Assembly: GCA_905178155.1 (NCBI GenBank)
Contig: CAJINV010000025.1
Location: 11,445-75,444, forward strand
Reading direction: 5' to 3'
From: Amoebophrya sp. A120
Lineage: Eukaryota; Protista; Dinoflagellata
Length of the DNA: 64,000 bases
The notes under the pieces were generated by a model, which saw only the letters and a program-made list of their open reading frames with translations, ran no database searches and was not told the origin of the DNA. A program made the position numbers and the translations under genes. Position 1 is the stretch's first letter; the number at the start of each line of letters is the position of its first letter. This document shows positions 1 to 11,470 of the stretch, piece after piece.

Positions 1-923
1 AGCCAGGCGCGTGCTTCCAAGCTCGAAAAAGTAGAAAGAACGAAGGAAGCAATTAAGACGCAAGCTATTCATTTGCGAGACGAGCTACAAAGGACTAAAG
101 AAGAATTGGTATCGCAACAACCATATACTTTCGCTATCCATGTTGATGTGTCCTGCTAATATAAATACTTATTTGCGATGAGTAGATGAAGATGTCTCTT
201 TGTCTCTTTGCGCGCGAAGGTGGTGTTGTCTCCGCAGTCCTCACGGGTTCTGCGTAGACCGTGCAGAAACTCGTCGCGCTTGATGGCATTGTCGCTGTAA
301 TGGCATTCAAAAAAATGTATGGTAAATAATATGGTAGCGAGAGTGTGTCTTTTGTTGTGATTCGCGAAGAAGGAGCAACGCCGGGCTGCCGAAGCCGAGG
401 CTGCGGCGGACCGGGATCGGCTAGAGCTGGAGAGGATTGTTGCTGCGGTAGAGGCAGAACGGGACGCTGTTATGCTGGTGTACTATCGTGGTGATCAGTC
501 AGAGCGGAACAGCTTTGCTCTGCATAAAACCAAGAGGGACAAAGCCTGAAAAAATGTTGTAGTCCCTGCCGCTCTAGGGGGTCACTTTGGTAGTTGCGGC
601 CCTTACGAGCTTCAGGAGGCCAGTCATGAAAGTACATGTAGTGGCGCTTAACTAATTACTTATTGCGTATACTCTGTATTTACTAGAAGCTGGCCCGCCG
701 CCACCGCTGGCGACGCTTCTGAGGCGCTACCTGAGCTTGCCGGCAGTTGTGTCTGCGCTTTGTTTGCATGACAACAAGGACGGGCACAGAAGTTCCTTTT
801 TGAAAAGATCGCGCGCTATTTGGAGTCCATAATCACACAAAACCAGGTAGCGCGACGTATGCTTCGCAAATCCGTCCCCCCTCGCTAGTCAAACAATAGT
901 TGCATTGCGTTGTTCACGCTGTA

Positions 924-1234
924 TATGCATTGCAAATGTGTCTGGGTGGTCTGGAAAAGTGCAAGGTTTGTGGTCTTGTGGTCATGTTGCACATTTTGCA
1001 TGACCTATGATGTTTGTGATGTATACGCTACCATCAAGACTTTTTGAGGGCTTCTTGATACCTCTCCTCCATGAGAAATGCCCTCGTCCCCGCGAAGCAA
1101 CGACTGGAGTCTTCTCGCTCACTAAGCCTGATTCGCTAGCGCAGTCTGTTCGGCAATGCAATTTTTTGTAGATGAATCCAGAGGCAGCATTAGACGTTGC
1201 ACGCTTTCAGACCGTCACATATTTGCAGTTGATA
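924..1234. mobile_element. Degenerate family-A TIR introner
   Basis: TATGCATTGCAAATGTGTCTGGG...CACATATTTGCAGTTGATA; flanks not duplicated (ctgta/tcatg). Confidence 0.65.
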
Positions 1235-1819
1235 TCATGCAGGCACGATAAGGATAGCGGTTTTGAAAGTTCACCAGCAAGATCTTAAGAACAAGGAGTA
1301 AGTAGTTCGCTTTCTGTGACTGTGGAAGGAGGTCGTTGCGAGGGATAGTTAGCGGTGATGATTTGCATGCGCCTTTCTGTGCCGACGTGGTACTTATTTA
1401 GAACCCTACTTCGGCAGGCGACGAGCAGTATTGCAGAAGCGGCGCGCTTTGCACTCGTCGTCGGGAAAGACAGATCATTCCCGACATGCAGACACGAACT
1501 GCAGGCTGTGCTTGGGCCTTCAGTGCTTATTTGTTATCGAGAAGGGTACGCTGTGGGACCTAAAAAACAACGGTTTCCGCTCCTGTAGCCTCAAAAACCA
1601 GCGCGGCCGCCGGAGAGTACTCCCATGGTGATTGGCCTTGTAAATGTCACGCGATTTGCCTCTTGTGGCGACGCAGTCCGCTCGTGATTGTGTTTGCTTT
1701 GGCTAAGCGTTTCAAAACAACACAAAAACGAGCGAAGTGGCAGAGTCCCGTGCTGTTTGCCGCCGGATTGGGAGGCGCGGCAAACCGGCGCACATTTCGC
1801 GCGGACTTTGCCTCGCGGA

Positions 1820-2320
1820 TTTTCTGGCCCGATTTGGTCCGCCTCGGAGGGCCTTCCCCCGACGGCACTACCTCGATTTCGGGAGAGGATTCCACAGAGG
1901 ATTCCGGAGAGGATTCCAAAATCCTCTCCGGAATCCTCTGGCCCAATTTGAGCCGTCTTTCGCGCCCTTTCCCCGATGCTACGGCCCCGATTTCGGGAGA
2001 GGATTCCACAGAGGATTCCGGAGAGGATTCCAAAATCCTCTCCGGAATCCTCTGGCCCAAGTTGAGCCGTATTTCGCGCCCTTTCCCCGACGGCACGGCC
2101 TCGATTTCGGGGGAGGATTCCACAGAGGATTCCGGAGAGGATTCCAAAATCCTCCCCGGAATCCTCTGGCCCAATTTGGGCCGTCTTCCGCGCCCTTCCC
2201 CCGATGGCACGACCTCGGTTTCGGGGGAGGATTCCACAGAGGGTTCCTCAGAGGATTCCAAAAGCCCCTCCGGAATCCTCTGGCCCAAGTTGAGCCGTCT
2301 TTCGCGCCCGCTCCCCGACG
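1820..2320. repeat. 114-bp tandem repeat, about 4.4 units
   Basis: Unit ccccgaYgg...gatttcggg.gaggattccacagaggattcc...ctctggcccaa recurs at 1857, 1971, 2085 and about 2199. Confidence 0.9.
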
Positions 2321-2394
2321 GACAAAGCCGATGGTCTGTTAGTTTTCCCAACGTGCAGACACGAATTGGCTGCTAGGACATGCTTGGGCTTTAA

Positions 2395-3135
2395 GTGTGT
2401 ATTGGCATTGCAGGGGGGATTCGGTTGCGACGGATAGCAATCAACGGACAGCTTCAAGAAGCAGAAAGACGACTGGGCCTCGCCGGGCAGCAGCAAGCAG
2501 AGCTGGAAGGTTCCCTGGCTCGTGCAGGTGCTGGCAGTGCCGCCGCAGCTGCCGAGCTTGACGCGACCCTGCGCAAGAACCAAGAAGATCTGGCGGCCGC
2601 CAACCAACGCGCACAGGCGGCAATCGGCGTGCAGAAAGCGGCTGAGGAGAGGAGTGCGCAACTGGGGCAAAAGATGGAGGCCCTCGAGAAGGAGTTAGTA
2701 GCGGCGAAAGGAGCGATGAGCGGGTGGTTGGGTAATCCACCTTCGTTATCTTCGTTGGATCACATTTCTCTGGCGGACTTCCTATCCGCGTTCCGCCAAG
2801 AGCTGGCTTCGGAGTTCTCTGCAAAGGACCAGAAGATCAGAAGCTTGGAATCGCAACTGCAGCAGGCGAAGGCGGAGGCGGCGAGGCTGCGGGTTCCACC
2901 AATCAGGAATTTCGATCTTGCTGCTCGGTCCGAAGACGGAGATGACGACCTAGAAACTCCTCGTTCTATTTCTCCGGAACTCTCATCCCGAACCCGATTC
3001 CTACCCAGAACACCAATCGTGTCCACCTCCCCGTATTTGGTGTCGTGTATTCGTTCATGCATGATCATTATAAATATGTGGCAGAACAATAGTTTCGACG
3101 TGACTGCAAGTGCAGTCGGGAAAATAAGTACGTAA
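2395..3135 (+). CDS. Coiled-coil exon, probably part of the gene ending at 6319
   Basis: A/Q/E-rich heptad-like ORF; the segment GNPPSLSS..SLADFLSAFRQELAS resembles PPSWMSSADLATLQEVYQRGMAS in the next exon; true splice boundaries uncertain. Confidence 0.55.
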   Translation: MCIGIAGGIRLRRIAINGQLQEAERRLGLAGQQQAELEGSLARAGAGSAAAAAELDATLRKNQEDLAAANQRAQAAIGVQKAAEERSAQLGQKMEALEKELVAAKGAMSGWLGNPPSLSSLDHISLADFLSAFRQELASEFSAKDQKIRSLESQLQQAKAEAARLRVPPIRNFDLAARSEDGDDDLETPRSISPELSSRTRFLPRTPIVSTSPYLVSCIRSCMIIINMWQNNSFDVTASAVGKIST

Positions 3136-3949
3136 AATGATGCAGCCGGCGTCCACGCTATACTCGTGTCGAAAACTAGTTTTCTTTTTCATCGTGGCTC
3201 GTTATCTTGACATAGATACTTAGCTGGGGCCATCGTTGTATTTTCTTTTTCCCGCAATATTCCACTGTCGTTTTTCATGTTTTCCCGCGACTGTTTTGGT
3301 GCAGACTCCTTCCCGCTTCGCTGGAGCTCGCCATGTAGTTGCCACCGACCCCGCCCTGCTGGGTCCCGCGAGGCGGGAAGACAGCGCTCATTCTCGACGG
3401 TTTTCCCCCGCCGACAAGGGCGTGGTGGGAAGTTAAAGAGCCTCCGGCTGCTATGACGCAATGCGGTGATTTTTTTGTCTTTCCTGCAAGAGTGCCAGCC
3501 GCGGTGACCGCTGGGTAGCTGGTAACGGCCTCTAGTTGCATGTCACTCGAGCAGCAAGGCAAGCAAAGTCCAGGTAGGTAACCTCGCAGCACAGCAGACT
3601 TGGTAAACTGGAAGGGCAGGAGCAAAGCAATAAATGTAGCGCGCTAGTACATACAAGTGCGACCTCAAGGGGGGGGTGGCGTTCCTCGTTGGACTGCTTT
3701 CGCTCATTAAAGTAGAGTCAGCAAGAACACTCCTGATAGCATCCCGCCTCGGAATCGTAACCTCTAGGCACAACGATTGGCGGGAAAGCTTTCGGCGGTT
3801 TTGCTGTTTGCGGCATGCGGTTTCCGAAGTTGCTGTGCAATACTCAGTGTACTGACAATAGATACGCGCAGCAGTGAGTCGTGCTGCATCAAATACATCA
3901 TGGTGGACACGGGTTCTTTCTTGTCGATGGCCACAACTCATATTTGAAG

Positions 3950-6319
3950 TGCTCGGGGACGCCAAGCGCGCCGCAGAGGAGAACGCGCAGAGAGCTGCAG
4001 CAGATGTTGCCCGCCTAAGAGCCGTGATCGCCGGTGGAAGCCAGGACGCTTCACAAGAGCAGCTGGAGGCAGCGAAAACAGCGGCATCAGAGGCCTTGGT
4101 GCGGTTCGAGAAGGCGGGGAACGCTGAAGAGGTTGCTCGCAAGCTCTTCGAAATGAGTGAACAACTAGCGCGCGATCTCGAAAAGGCACAAGAAAGTCAC
4201 GAAAATTTGGAGGCCGAGCTCGCCGAGGCCAGATCCGCAACGGAAAGTGCTAAGCTCGCCGAGGCGCAGCTCACCGAGCAGGCCAAAGAACTCCAGCGCA
4301 ACGTCGCGGAACGTGAGGCAGAGTGCGAGAAGTTGCTGGGCGGGCTCGCTGAACAGGATGAACGATTGGCGCAGGAAAAAACTGCCGGACAGCAAGCTGC
4401 GGCACAGCTGCAACAGCTGTCGAACGGAATCACGGAAAAAGATGCGAAAATTGCAGAGCTTCGCGCGCAGCTCGACGCACTCAAAGGAGAGAAAGAGGCA
4501 GCGAACACCGCTCACCGCAACGCACTGGAAGGCATGGCGCGGAGTACAACCGAACAGGAGAGACTCGCCGCCGCATTACAGGCGCACGAACAACAAGTGG
4601 AGCAACTTAACGCGTTCATTCAGGCCGCAGTCGCGAAAGAAACGGAGGCGGCAGAGCGGCTGCGGTCTTCCCAGGAAGTCGCGAGCGCCCGCCAGCAGCA
4701 GCTACAAACGGCGATGAGCATGGTGGCGAGGGGGTTGCACGAGTCGGGGATTCAGACTCCGCCTTCATGGATGTCGAGCGCCGATCTGGCCACGTTGCAG
4801 GAGGTGTACCAGCGGGGAATGGCGTCGAAGCTCACCGCCGAGAAAGAGCAGTCGGACATATCCTATGTAAAAACGCCCCCAAGACGACCCCATAGTCAAG
4901 ATGGAAAATTTGCTAGGCAAATCAGCCAGCTTCGGTTGCTACGAGTGACCACAGTTTTAGCCTCGTAGTGTAATTTATTATCCTGTCGAGCTAGTAGATC
5001 CAGCTCCAGCAGCATCTTCGCAGTCCCAGCAAATCGCCCTGCGTCGAGCATCGCAAACTCCAAAACACGACTTCTAGAGAATGTGTCTCGTCGGGTTCCG
5101 CATAAGAAACATCTTGACCATGCAGATTTGCATGACAAGAACTCTGGGGTACCAAAGTGTAGTTTCGCATTTTGTTTAGCATGACAACTCTGGGGTCGTG
5201 GGGACGTTTTTCCATAGGATGCGAGAGCTTGCTGTCGAAGCTGAACGGGGCGCAGCAGTGGGCTGCACAGAATGCTATCAAATGCAAAAGTGTCTGGGTC
5301 TGGAAGAGTCATTCTGTTTTTGCATGACAGAGGACGGCGCAGAAGGTCTGGCGTGGAAGCTCTAGCGTTACAGGTTTCCGCGAGAAGCGTTCTCAATGCC
5401 GAATACGCATGACAAGTCCCTGACTTTGGTGACAGAAAGTGGGCAACTTTTGCTGGCTACTTATGCATGACAGATGTTTCTGTGTTCCTGTTCTCAAATG
5501 CGCACTCATACAAGTTTGTACTCTTCCAGACCCAGACACTTTGGCACTTGATAGATTCGGAGCAGATGGAGCAGAATTTCCACCAGCAGTACGAGGCTCT
5601 GCGAACCACAAACGCGCAACTTCGCGCAAAAATCCAAATTGAGGCGGGCAAGACTCGGGATGCGGAGAACAGAGCCGCACAAGCGGCCGCGGGAATGCAA
5701 GCGGCGGAAAACGCGGAAGCCGCCGCCAACCAGCAGGTGCAGGCGGTGAGCAACCAGGTCGCGGCCGTGCAAGCGCAGGCCCAGTATGAAATGCAAAAAT
5801 CCCTGGGTCCTCTGGAAGAATGCAACTTGTAATGCTGTATTTGGATGTCTGAAAAATTTGTGTTGCATGAGCAGCAAAAGGATTCTGATTTTTGCTACGC
5901 GAGGAGGGCATTTGTCATGCGGAATAGGCAAAAGAATCCCTCAGCAAATAACCTGTGGCGCTAGGGCATGCGTCACAGATCGATCAAGGCTCACGCAAAC
6001 CGTGCATGACAAGTCTCAGAATCTTCCAGACCCAGACACTTTTACATTTGATACCCAGCAGGCGGAAGCGAAACTGCAGAACCAGAAAAACGCGAAGCCG
6101 GCCGTCGCCCGGGCTGCAGCCTTATCCTGTGCAAGAGTATCGTACTCGTATTGCAATCATGCATTACAAATCTTTTTCTTAAGGTAAATTCGCATTACAA
6201 ATTTTATTTCTCATGCTGAGGAAATTTGTAATGCATTTATACGAATGCGATACTTTTGCAGTTCATAAGCCTCGGCAACAAGCAACGTCGCGGTTTCTGG
6301 CAACGGGGAGTGTTGCTGA
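3950..6319 (+). CDS. Long coiled-coil protein, 3' exons (approx. 3950-4858, 5227-5275, 5559-5784, 6059-6122, 6273-6319), ending ...SGNGECC*
   Basis: Removing four introners plus 5 nt each gives a continuous frame EQSD-SLLSKLNGAQQWAAQNA-EQMEQ...AQAQ-QAEAKL...AAA-SATSNVAVSGNGECC*. Confidence 0.75.
4859..5221. mobile_element. Family-C TIR introner
   Basis: TATCCTATGTAAAAACG...CGTTTTTCCATAGGATG; diverged flanks ggaca/cgaga; removal plus 5 nt restores frame. Confidence 0.8.
5276..5553. mobile_element. Family-A TIR introner
   Basis: TATCAAATGCAAAAGTGTCTGGGTCTGGAAG...CTTCCAGACCCAGACAC...TGATA; flanks diverged (aatgc/gattc) but frame restored. Confidence 0.85.
5785..6053. mobile_element. Family-A TIR introner
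   Basis: TIRs; 5-bp direct repeat CCCAG; frame restored. Confidence 0.9.
6123..6267. mobile_element. Family-B TIR introner
   Basis: TATCCTGTGCAAGAGTATCGTAC...GATACTTTTGCAGTTCATA; direct repeat AGCCT. Confidence 0.9.
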
Positions 6320-6678
6320 CGCGTGAACAACAATTGGACGCGTGTTGTCAGAAAAGCAAAAGAGTAGCAGTTCTACTTATTTTTACGGGTTCTTGTTACT
6401 AAAAAAACATTTTCTTTTTCATTTTGCTGTGTGAAGACGAACTGAACGGACGAAATAAACAGCGCGAATGCAACAAGAAGAAATCTTTCCAGCTTACTTA
6501 TTTATTCGGTTTCTTATTCTTTCACAACGACAACACTAGTAAAAAAACTCTTTCTTTTCCACTCAGCATTTCTACGCGATACGACTATCAAAAACTTGTC
6601 TTGTTTAAGTAATTATTTTCCAGGATCTTTCAGCGCTGTCACTACTTGCAAAAATTGTTTATCTTTCCAAAATAAAAA

Positions 6679-6948
6679 TATCCAATGCAAATATCCCTGG
6701 ATGTCTGGAAGAGTGCAACTTGTGATGCAGCTGCATTTGGGTTCTAGAAGATGAAGAATCTGTATTGATGCATGAGCAGCAATCTGAATGGATTTTTTGC
6801 TACGCGCTAGTAGGAATATTATTTGTCGCACGGAATAGGCATTAAGAAGTCCTCAAAAAATCTGTGATACTAGGGCATGCATCACAAAAACCCGTGCGTG
6901 GCAAGTCTCAGATGAATCTTCCAGGCCCAGACATATTTGCATTTTATA
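6679..6948. mobile_element. Degenerate family-A element, apparently intergenic
   Basis: TATCCAATGCAAATATCCCTGGATGTCTGGAAG...CCAGACATATTTGCATTTTATA. Confidence 0.7.
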
Positions 6949-7284
6949 CAAAGCAACGCAACTTTTTCATTCTGTCCGCAGACACGACTAGCTTTTGTTC
7001 ATTATCTATCATTTTCCACCAGGAGCACCACCATCGCATTAAAAATAAAAAACCAAAATTTTTGTACTAGAAGAACTTTTCATCGACGTATCTATGTATG
7101 ATCTCGGAGAACTTTCGACAACGAGAAGGACTCTCTACACGACGACCAGCCAGGGCCGTCTCTACGAATAAACTCTTCTTCCGAATAAAGAAACAGCACG
7201 GGTATGATCTTTCAGAGGCCGCCACCTTCTGCTCGCCCATGTCGCGACGTACTCTCGCAGAACAGACGAATGCAGCAGGTCCGC

Positions 7285-7548
7285 TATGGATTGCAAAAAT
7301 GTCTGGGTCTGGAAGATTGCCAGGTTTGTCATGCAGGTCTTCCATGACCCATGAGGTCTGGCATGCAGGACATAGCATGACAGATTCTGTGAGACCTTTC
7401 CAATGCCTATGCTGCATGAGAAACTGCCTCTCGACTAGGTTAAAAGTGCACAACCTGTTTTGGCAATCATACAACACAGCTTTTTGCCTGATTCAGATTT
7501 AGCATGCCAAGTTGCAATCATCCAGACCCAGACACTTTGCACTTGATA
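7285..7548. mobile_element. Family-A TIR element
   Basis: TIRs; direct repeat TCCGC. Confidence 0.9.
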
Positions 7549-9010
7549 TCCGCAGAGCAGGTGCCATGTTGCAAGGACTGGCTTCTTGCGTGGTCGCACA
7601 CGGTCATGGGCAAGAAGAAAAAGGACGAACAACGCCGTGGATAAGACAAGTCTAACGACTTTTTGAAGAACAAGAATTCAAAACGTTTTTCATCAGCACT
7701 TCAGTTCAAAATTTTTCACTACAATTTCATCGCTTTATCATTTCCAAGCTGAAGCCGAATAGCTTTAGTAAAAAACACGACTGCAAAAATAAACAGAAGG
7801 AGGTAGAATATTTTTGCAAGACGATAAGCCAGGGAGTGTAGGAATCAATTTTGCAAATTTTGTTTTTTTTTTTCAACGTCGAAACTTTCCCGCCCCGGTA
7901 TTGTTTTGATGTTTGAAGTCACGCATGACAAGAAGTTTTTCCCAGGTATTGTACTGCAGGTTAGCAAGGAGAAGGGCGAGAGGCATCACAAATCCATCTG
8001 CTCATTATGCTTACAGCATCACAAATTCTGACTAAAAATGCTTCTCCTTTCCTCCAAGCACGACTGAAGTACTTTTCCTTTCCTCCATGTAAATTAAAAC
8101 AAAAAGACAAAGCGTTCTTCGCTTTATTCCCCCGGTCTTTTCCAACTTGACAAACCACGATCTCGAAGACAAAAAGACAAAGCGTTCGGCGCTTTATTCC
8201 CCCGGTTTTTTTTTTGCAACTTTCTTTTCTCTTCTTTCACATGATGTTTTACGATTTTCATTTGTGCCACTGTAGTTGTAGAATTAACATTAAATAAAAC
8301 TAACATTAAGCCCGTTCTTTTCGAAAATCAAAATTTCAAGCATTTAACGACTTTATTTCCTATTCCCTTTCATCGACTCTTCTACTGTATCATACACACA
8401 CTATACAGGTATAATTTTAAGGAGGTATGCCAACGCCAGAAGTTCAAGTTGTTGTAGTAGTGGCCCTGCTGACCACTGCCAGAAGAAGGATGAAGCTCCG
8501 TAATTTTCTATTGCTTCCCCGGCAGTAGCTATACGGACGAATAACTGCGCCACGACGACGCACGGCGCTGCAGCAAGCTCGGTTACAGACTGGGCCACGC
8601 TTGTTGTTGCGTCGCAGGTCGTTGTACACGCAATTACTTATCCGGTTAGGGCTTACTTTTTCGAGCTACACAGGATCCGGTTGGGGCTTACTTTTTCGAG
8701 CTACACAGCAGCTGCAGGTCTTGCCGTGATTTTTGCTTTGCACCAAAATAAAATGTCATTGGCCGATGGTAGTTGTACAACAAACCTCAGCTGCTAGTGC
8801 TACCCCATGCCTGTCTTTCTCTGTTGACTTGACCCTGACGCCTGTGTTTCGATTCAAGTTTGTATGAAAGACACAGGTTTTCTTGTTTCAGGTCCAAGGA
8901 AGGCAATTTTGGTGGCAGAGCCGCTGTTTCAACATCCGTGGTTTCAGTACAACAGTGGCGCAGGGGGCACGGGAACGTCAGCTGCTCGTACCCCATGCCT
9001 GTCTTTCTCT

Positions 9011-9334
9011 TATCAAAAGGAAAAATTTCCCCCTCCGCATACTGCAAAGGTATACTTTGGGAAATGTGTCATGCTGATTCGTGGTCAAAAATCGTGTCTG
9101 TCTTGCAGGAAGGCAACTCCGCAGACAACCGCCACACTGTGCAGGCGGTTTGTCATGCTGCTGGGCCTACAGTGCGGACGTTTTTCATGCTAAAGCGCCT
9201 AGGCCAAAGCCTCTCTACTCACCCTTAGTATGGGCCTGCAGTGCTCTCCCGCACGAAAGCGCTGACTTGTTTACACAAATCCAGCATCAGAAGTTTCGTT
9301 TTGGTATGGGGAGGGGGGAGTTTTCCCTTCGATA
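9011..9334. mobile_element. Family-D TIR element
   Basis: TATCAAAAGGAAAAATTTCCCCCTCC...GGAGGGGGGAGTTTTCCCTTCGATA; direct repeat TCTCT. Confidence 0.9.
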
Positions 9335-9374
9335 TCTCTGTTGTTTCGATTCAAGTTTGCTGGAAGACGCAGTT

Positions 9375-9633
9375 TATGGATTGCAAAAATGCCTGGGTCT
9401 GGAAACTTGTGATGCTAAAATGTGGACGATGGAAACCGTTCCGAATGCAACACAGCATCACAACTTTTCAGAGCGCTCTCTTATAGGAAATCCGCATGAG
9501 AAAGTGCGTTTTTGCGTGTACAAAAGAGGCTGTTACTTTTGTTGGTTTTATGCAGTACAGATTTCCTGGGTATAATGGAGAGCTAGCATTACAAGTTGCA
9601 ACCTTCCAGACCCAGACACTTTTGCTTTGGATA
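9375..9633. mobile_element. Family-A TIR element
   Basis: TIRs; direct repeat CAGTT. Confidence 0.9.
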
Positions 9634-10638
9634 CAGTTTTTCTTGTTTCAGGTCCAAGAGAGGCGATTTTGGTGGCAGAGCCGTTGTTTCAACATCCGTG
9701 GTTTCAGTACAACAGTGGCGCAGGGGGCGCGGAGGTGCCAGCAGGCGTGTCTAGTGTAGTCGTGTGTATCAGTTCTTATTATACGGTGTAGAGATGTCGT
9801 TTACATTTATTCAAATTACTTTTATGTAAGAAGAACTCAAAGCCCCACTGAACTTTACGACTTTATTTCCCGCATGATGTTCCGTTTTATTCTGTAGTGC
9901 CTGTCATACATTAAAATTCCTGCTTTATCCGGTTTTTTTTACTGTATCGCATTATACTAGTACACGAAAGAAGACCACAGCCAGGGCAGATGCTGTGGTT
10001 CCAGAAGCTCCTGCTGCTGCGGCTTGCCGAAGGAGAAAAACAAGCGCCGCAAGAATTTCGAACTGCACAGCTGCACTCGTTGCCGTTGTTTCTTGCTACG
10101 AAATTATTTGTGAAGGAAGGCTGCGTTGTACAAAAACCTCTCTTGCTACAGGTTACAGCACATGTATCCTCATATTTCTTCACTCACGCGTTGCGGAAGT
10201 CGCTCGCTGAACTTCCCGCTGAACAATCTGAAACGAAGATGTTTTTGCTGTCGCAGGTCCTCGCGCAAACGCGATGCTCCGGTTGTTTTCATCTTTCCAT
10301 ATTTTCCCTACAACAACATCAAACAAACACCATCATAGTGAGAAACTGAGAGCTTTCGACAACGGTTCAGTAGTGGGCTGTTGCTCCACTTCGCTCTACC
10401 GTGAGCTTCTTTTAGCGGCGATTCTCACGCTACTGTCGTAGCTAGTTCCCTATTGTTGTGTTGATGTGGTGAATTTGTTATGCGAGACCAAGCAAATGCT
10501 ACCACTTGCATGTCGTTGGTCGCGTAAATACAAGGTGAAAAACATGTGTAAAGTGAAAGGAAATTCGTCGTCTCTCTTGCTTCTCGTGAAAAAGGTCAAG
10601 ATGTGCGCCGGTTTGACGGTGTGCCACAAACCGGAGTA

Positions 10639-11014
10639 AAGGTTGAAAATTTGCATTACAAATTTGCCAAACGCGTCGCATTGTGCAATAGCACTTAGCA
10701 CGGTGTGATCCAGTTTGTTCTACAAATCGAAACGGCGAAAAAGGTAAAGCAGGGTGCTAGTGCTAGTGTGTCGCTTTGGTTTTTGTTGCAGTTGCGTTAC
10801 TGCCCACACGCGCCAATACGCATGACAGATTCCATTTTAGTGAGAAAAGCGATCGGCGTGTGCAAGACAAACTGCACTATCTACGTATCGAAAGGTTGAA
10901 GATTTGCATTACAAATCTGCCAAACGCGTCGCGATGTGCAATTGCACTTAGCACGGTATGATCCATCTGTTCTACAAATCGAAAAGGCGAAAAGAGTGAA
11001 AGTAGGGTGCTAGT
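10639..11014. repeat. Two ~122-bp direct repeats in the PLE 3' region
   Basis: aaggttgaaRatttgcattacaaatYtgccaaacgcgtcgc...agggtgctagt at about 10639 and 10892. Confidence 0.85.
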
Positions 11015-11470
11015 ACTACGCGACGGCACCTCTTCACGAGACCGACTCTATTGCAAGATAAATTACTACAAATAACAGGACAACAGATGTGCTTCCTACG
11101 CGGTCAGACCGATGTGGAAACGGACACCTGGCGCGTATGAGTAGTACAACAATACTGTGATCATTTTAACCTCAACCGATCGCGCTGAAGCAGAACTACA
11201 AGATCATAACAACGGCACACACGAGAGCAAGGGCCAGGAACATGCAGGCTGTCTGTCTACCTAGTGTTCGTGCATGCAGCACCAGCAAGCTAATCTTGCG
11301 CGCGACTCACTCCAGGTGGCATCCTCATCAAACCCATCGGGAAACGGGAACATGTAGAGGGGAAAGCACAAGTCGTCCCGGTGCCGCACTACTGTGTTTC
11401 TCGGCTGTTCTACTGCTCCACACTACTGGAATGCACTGCTGCTGATCTTCTGCTGTTCTCTTCTGTTGTT

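Noticed and set aside
1647-2376. Overlapping 200-237 aa ORFs on both strands (also at 62001-62938)
   Set aside because: They result from a 114-bp (multiple of 3) stop-poor tandem repeat.
5990-6015. TGCATG as an Rbfox splicing element
   Set aside because: The motif is longer, degenerate at that position and present on both strands; there is no evidence for Rbfox in this lineage.
8864-8960. LFQHPWF resembling a protein-kinase subdomain XI tail
   Set aside because: No upstream kinase motifs and stops nearby; too short to support.
10184-11470. Hammerhead ribozyme expected in PLE terminal regions
   Set aside because: I could not find a convincing CUGANGA...GAAA core by eye; a covariance-model search is needed.
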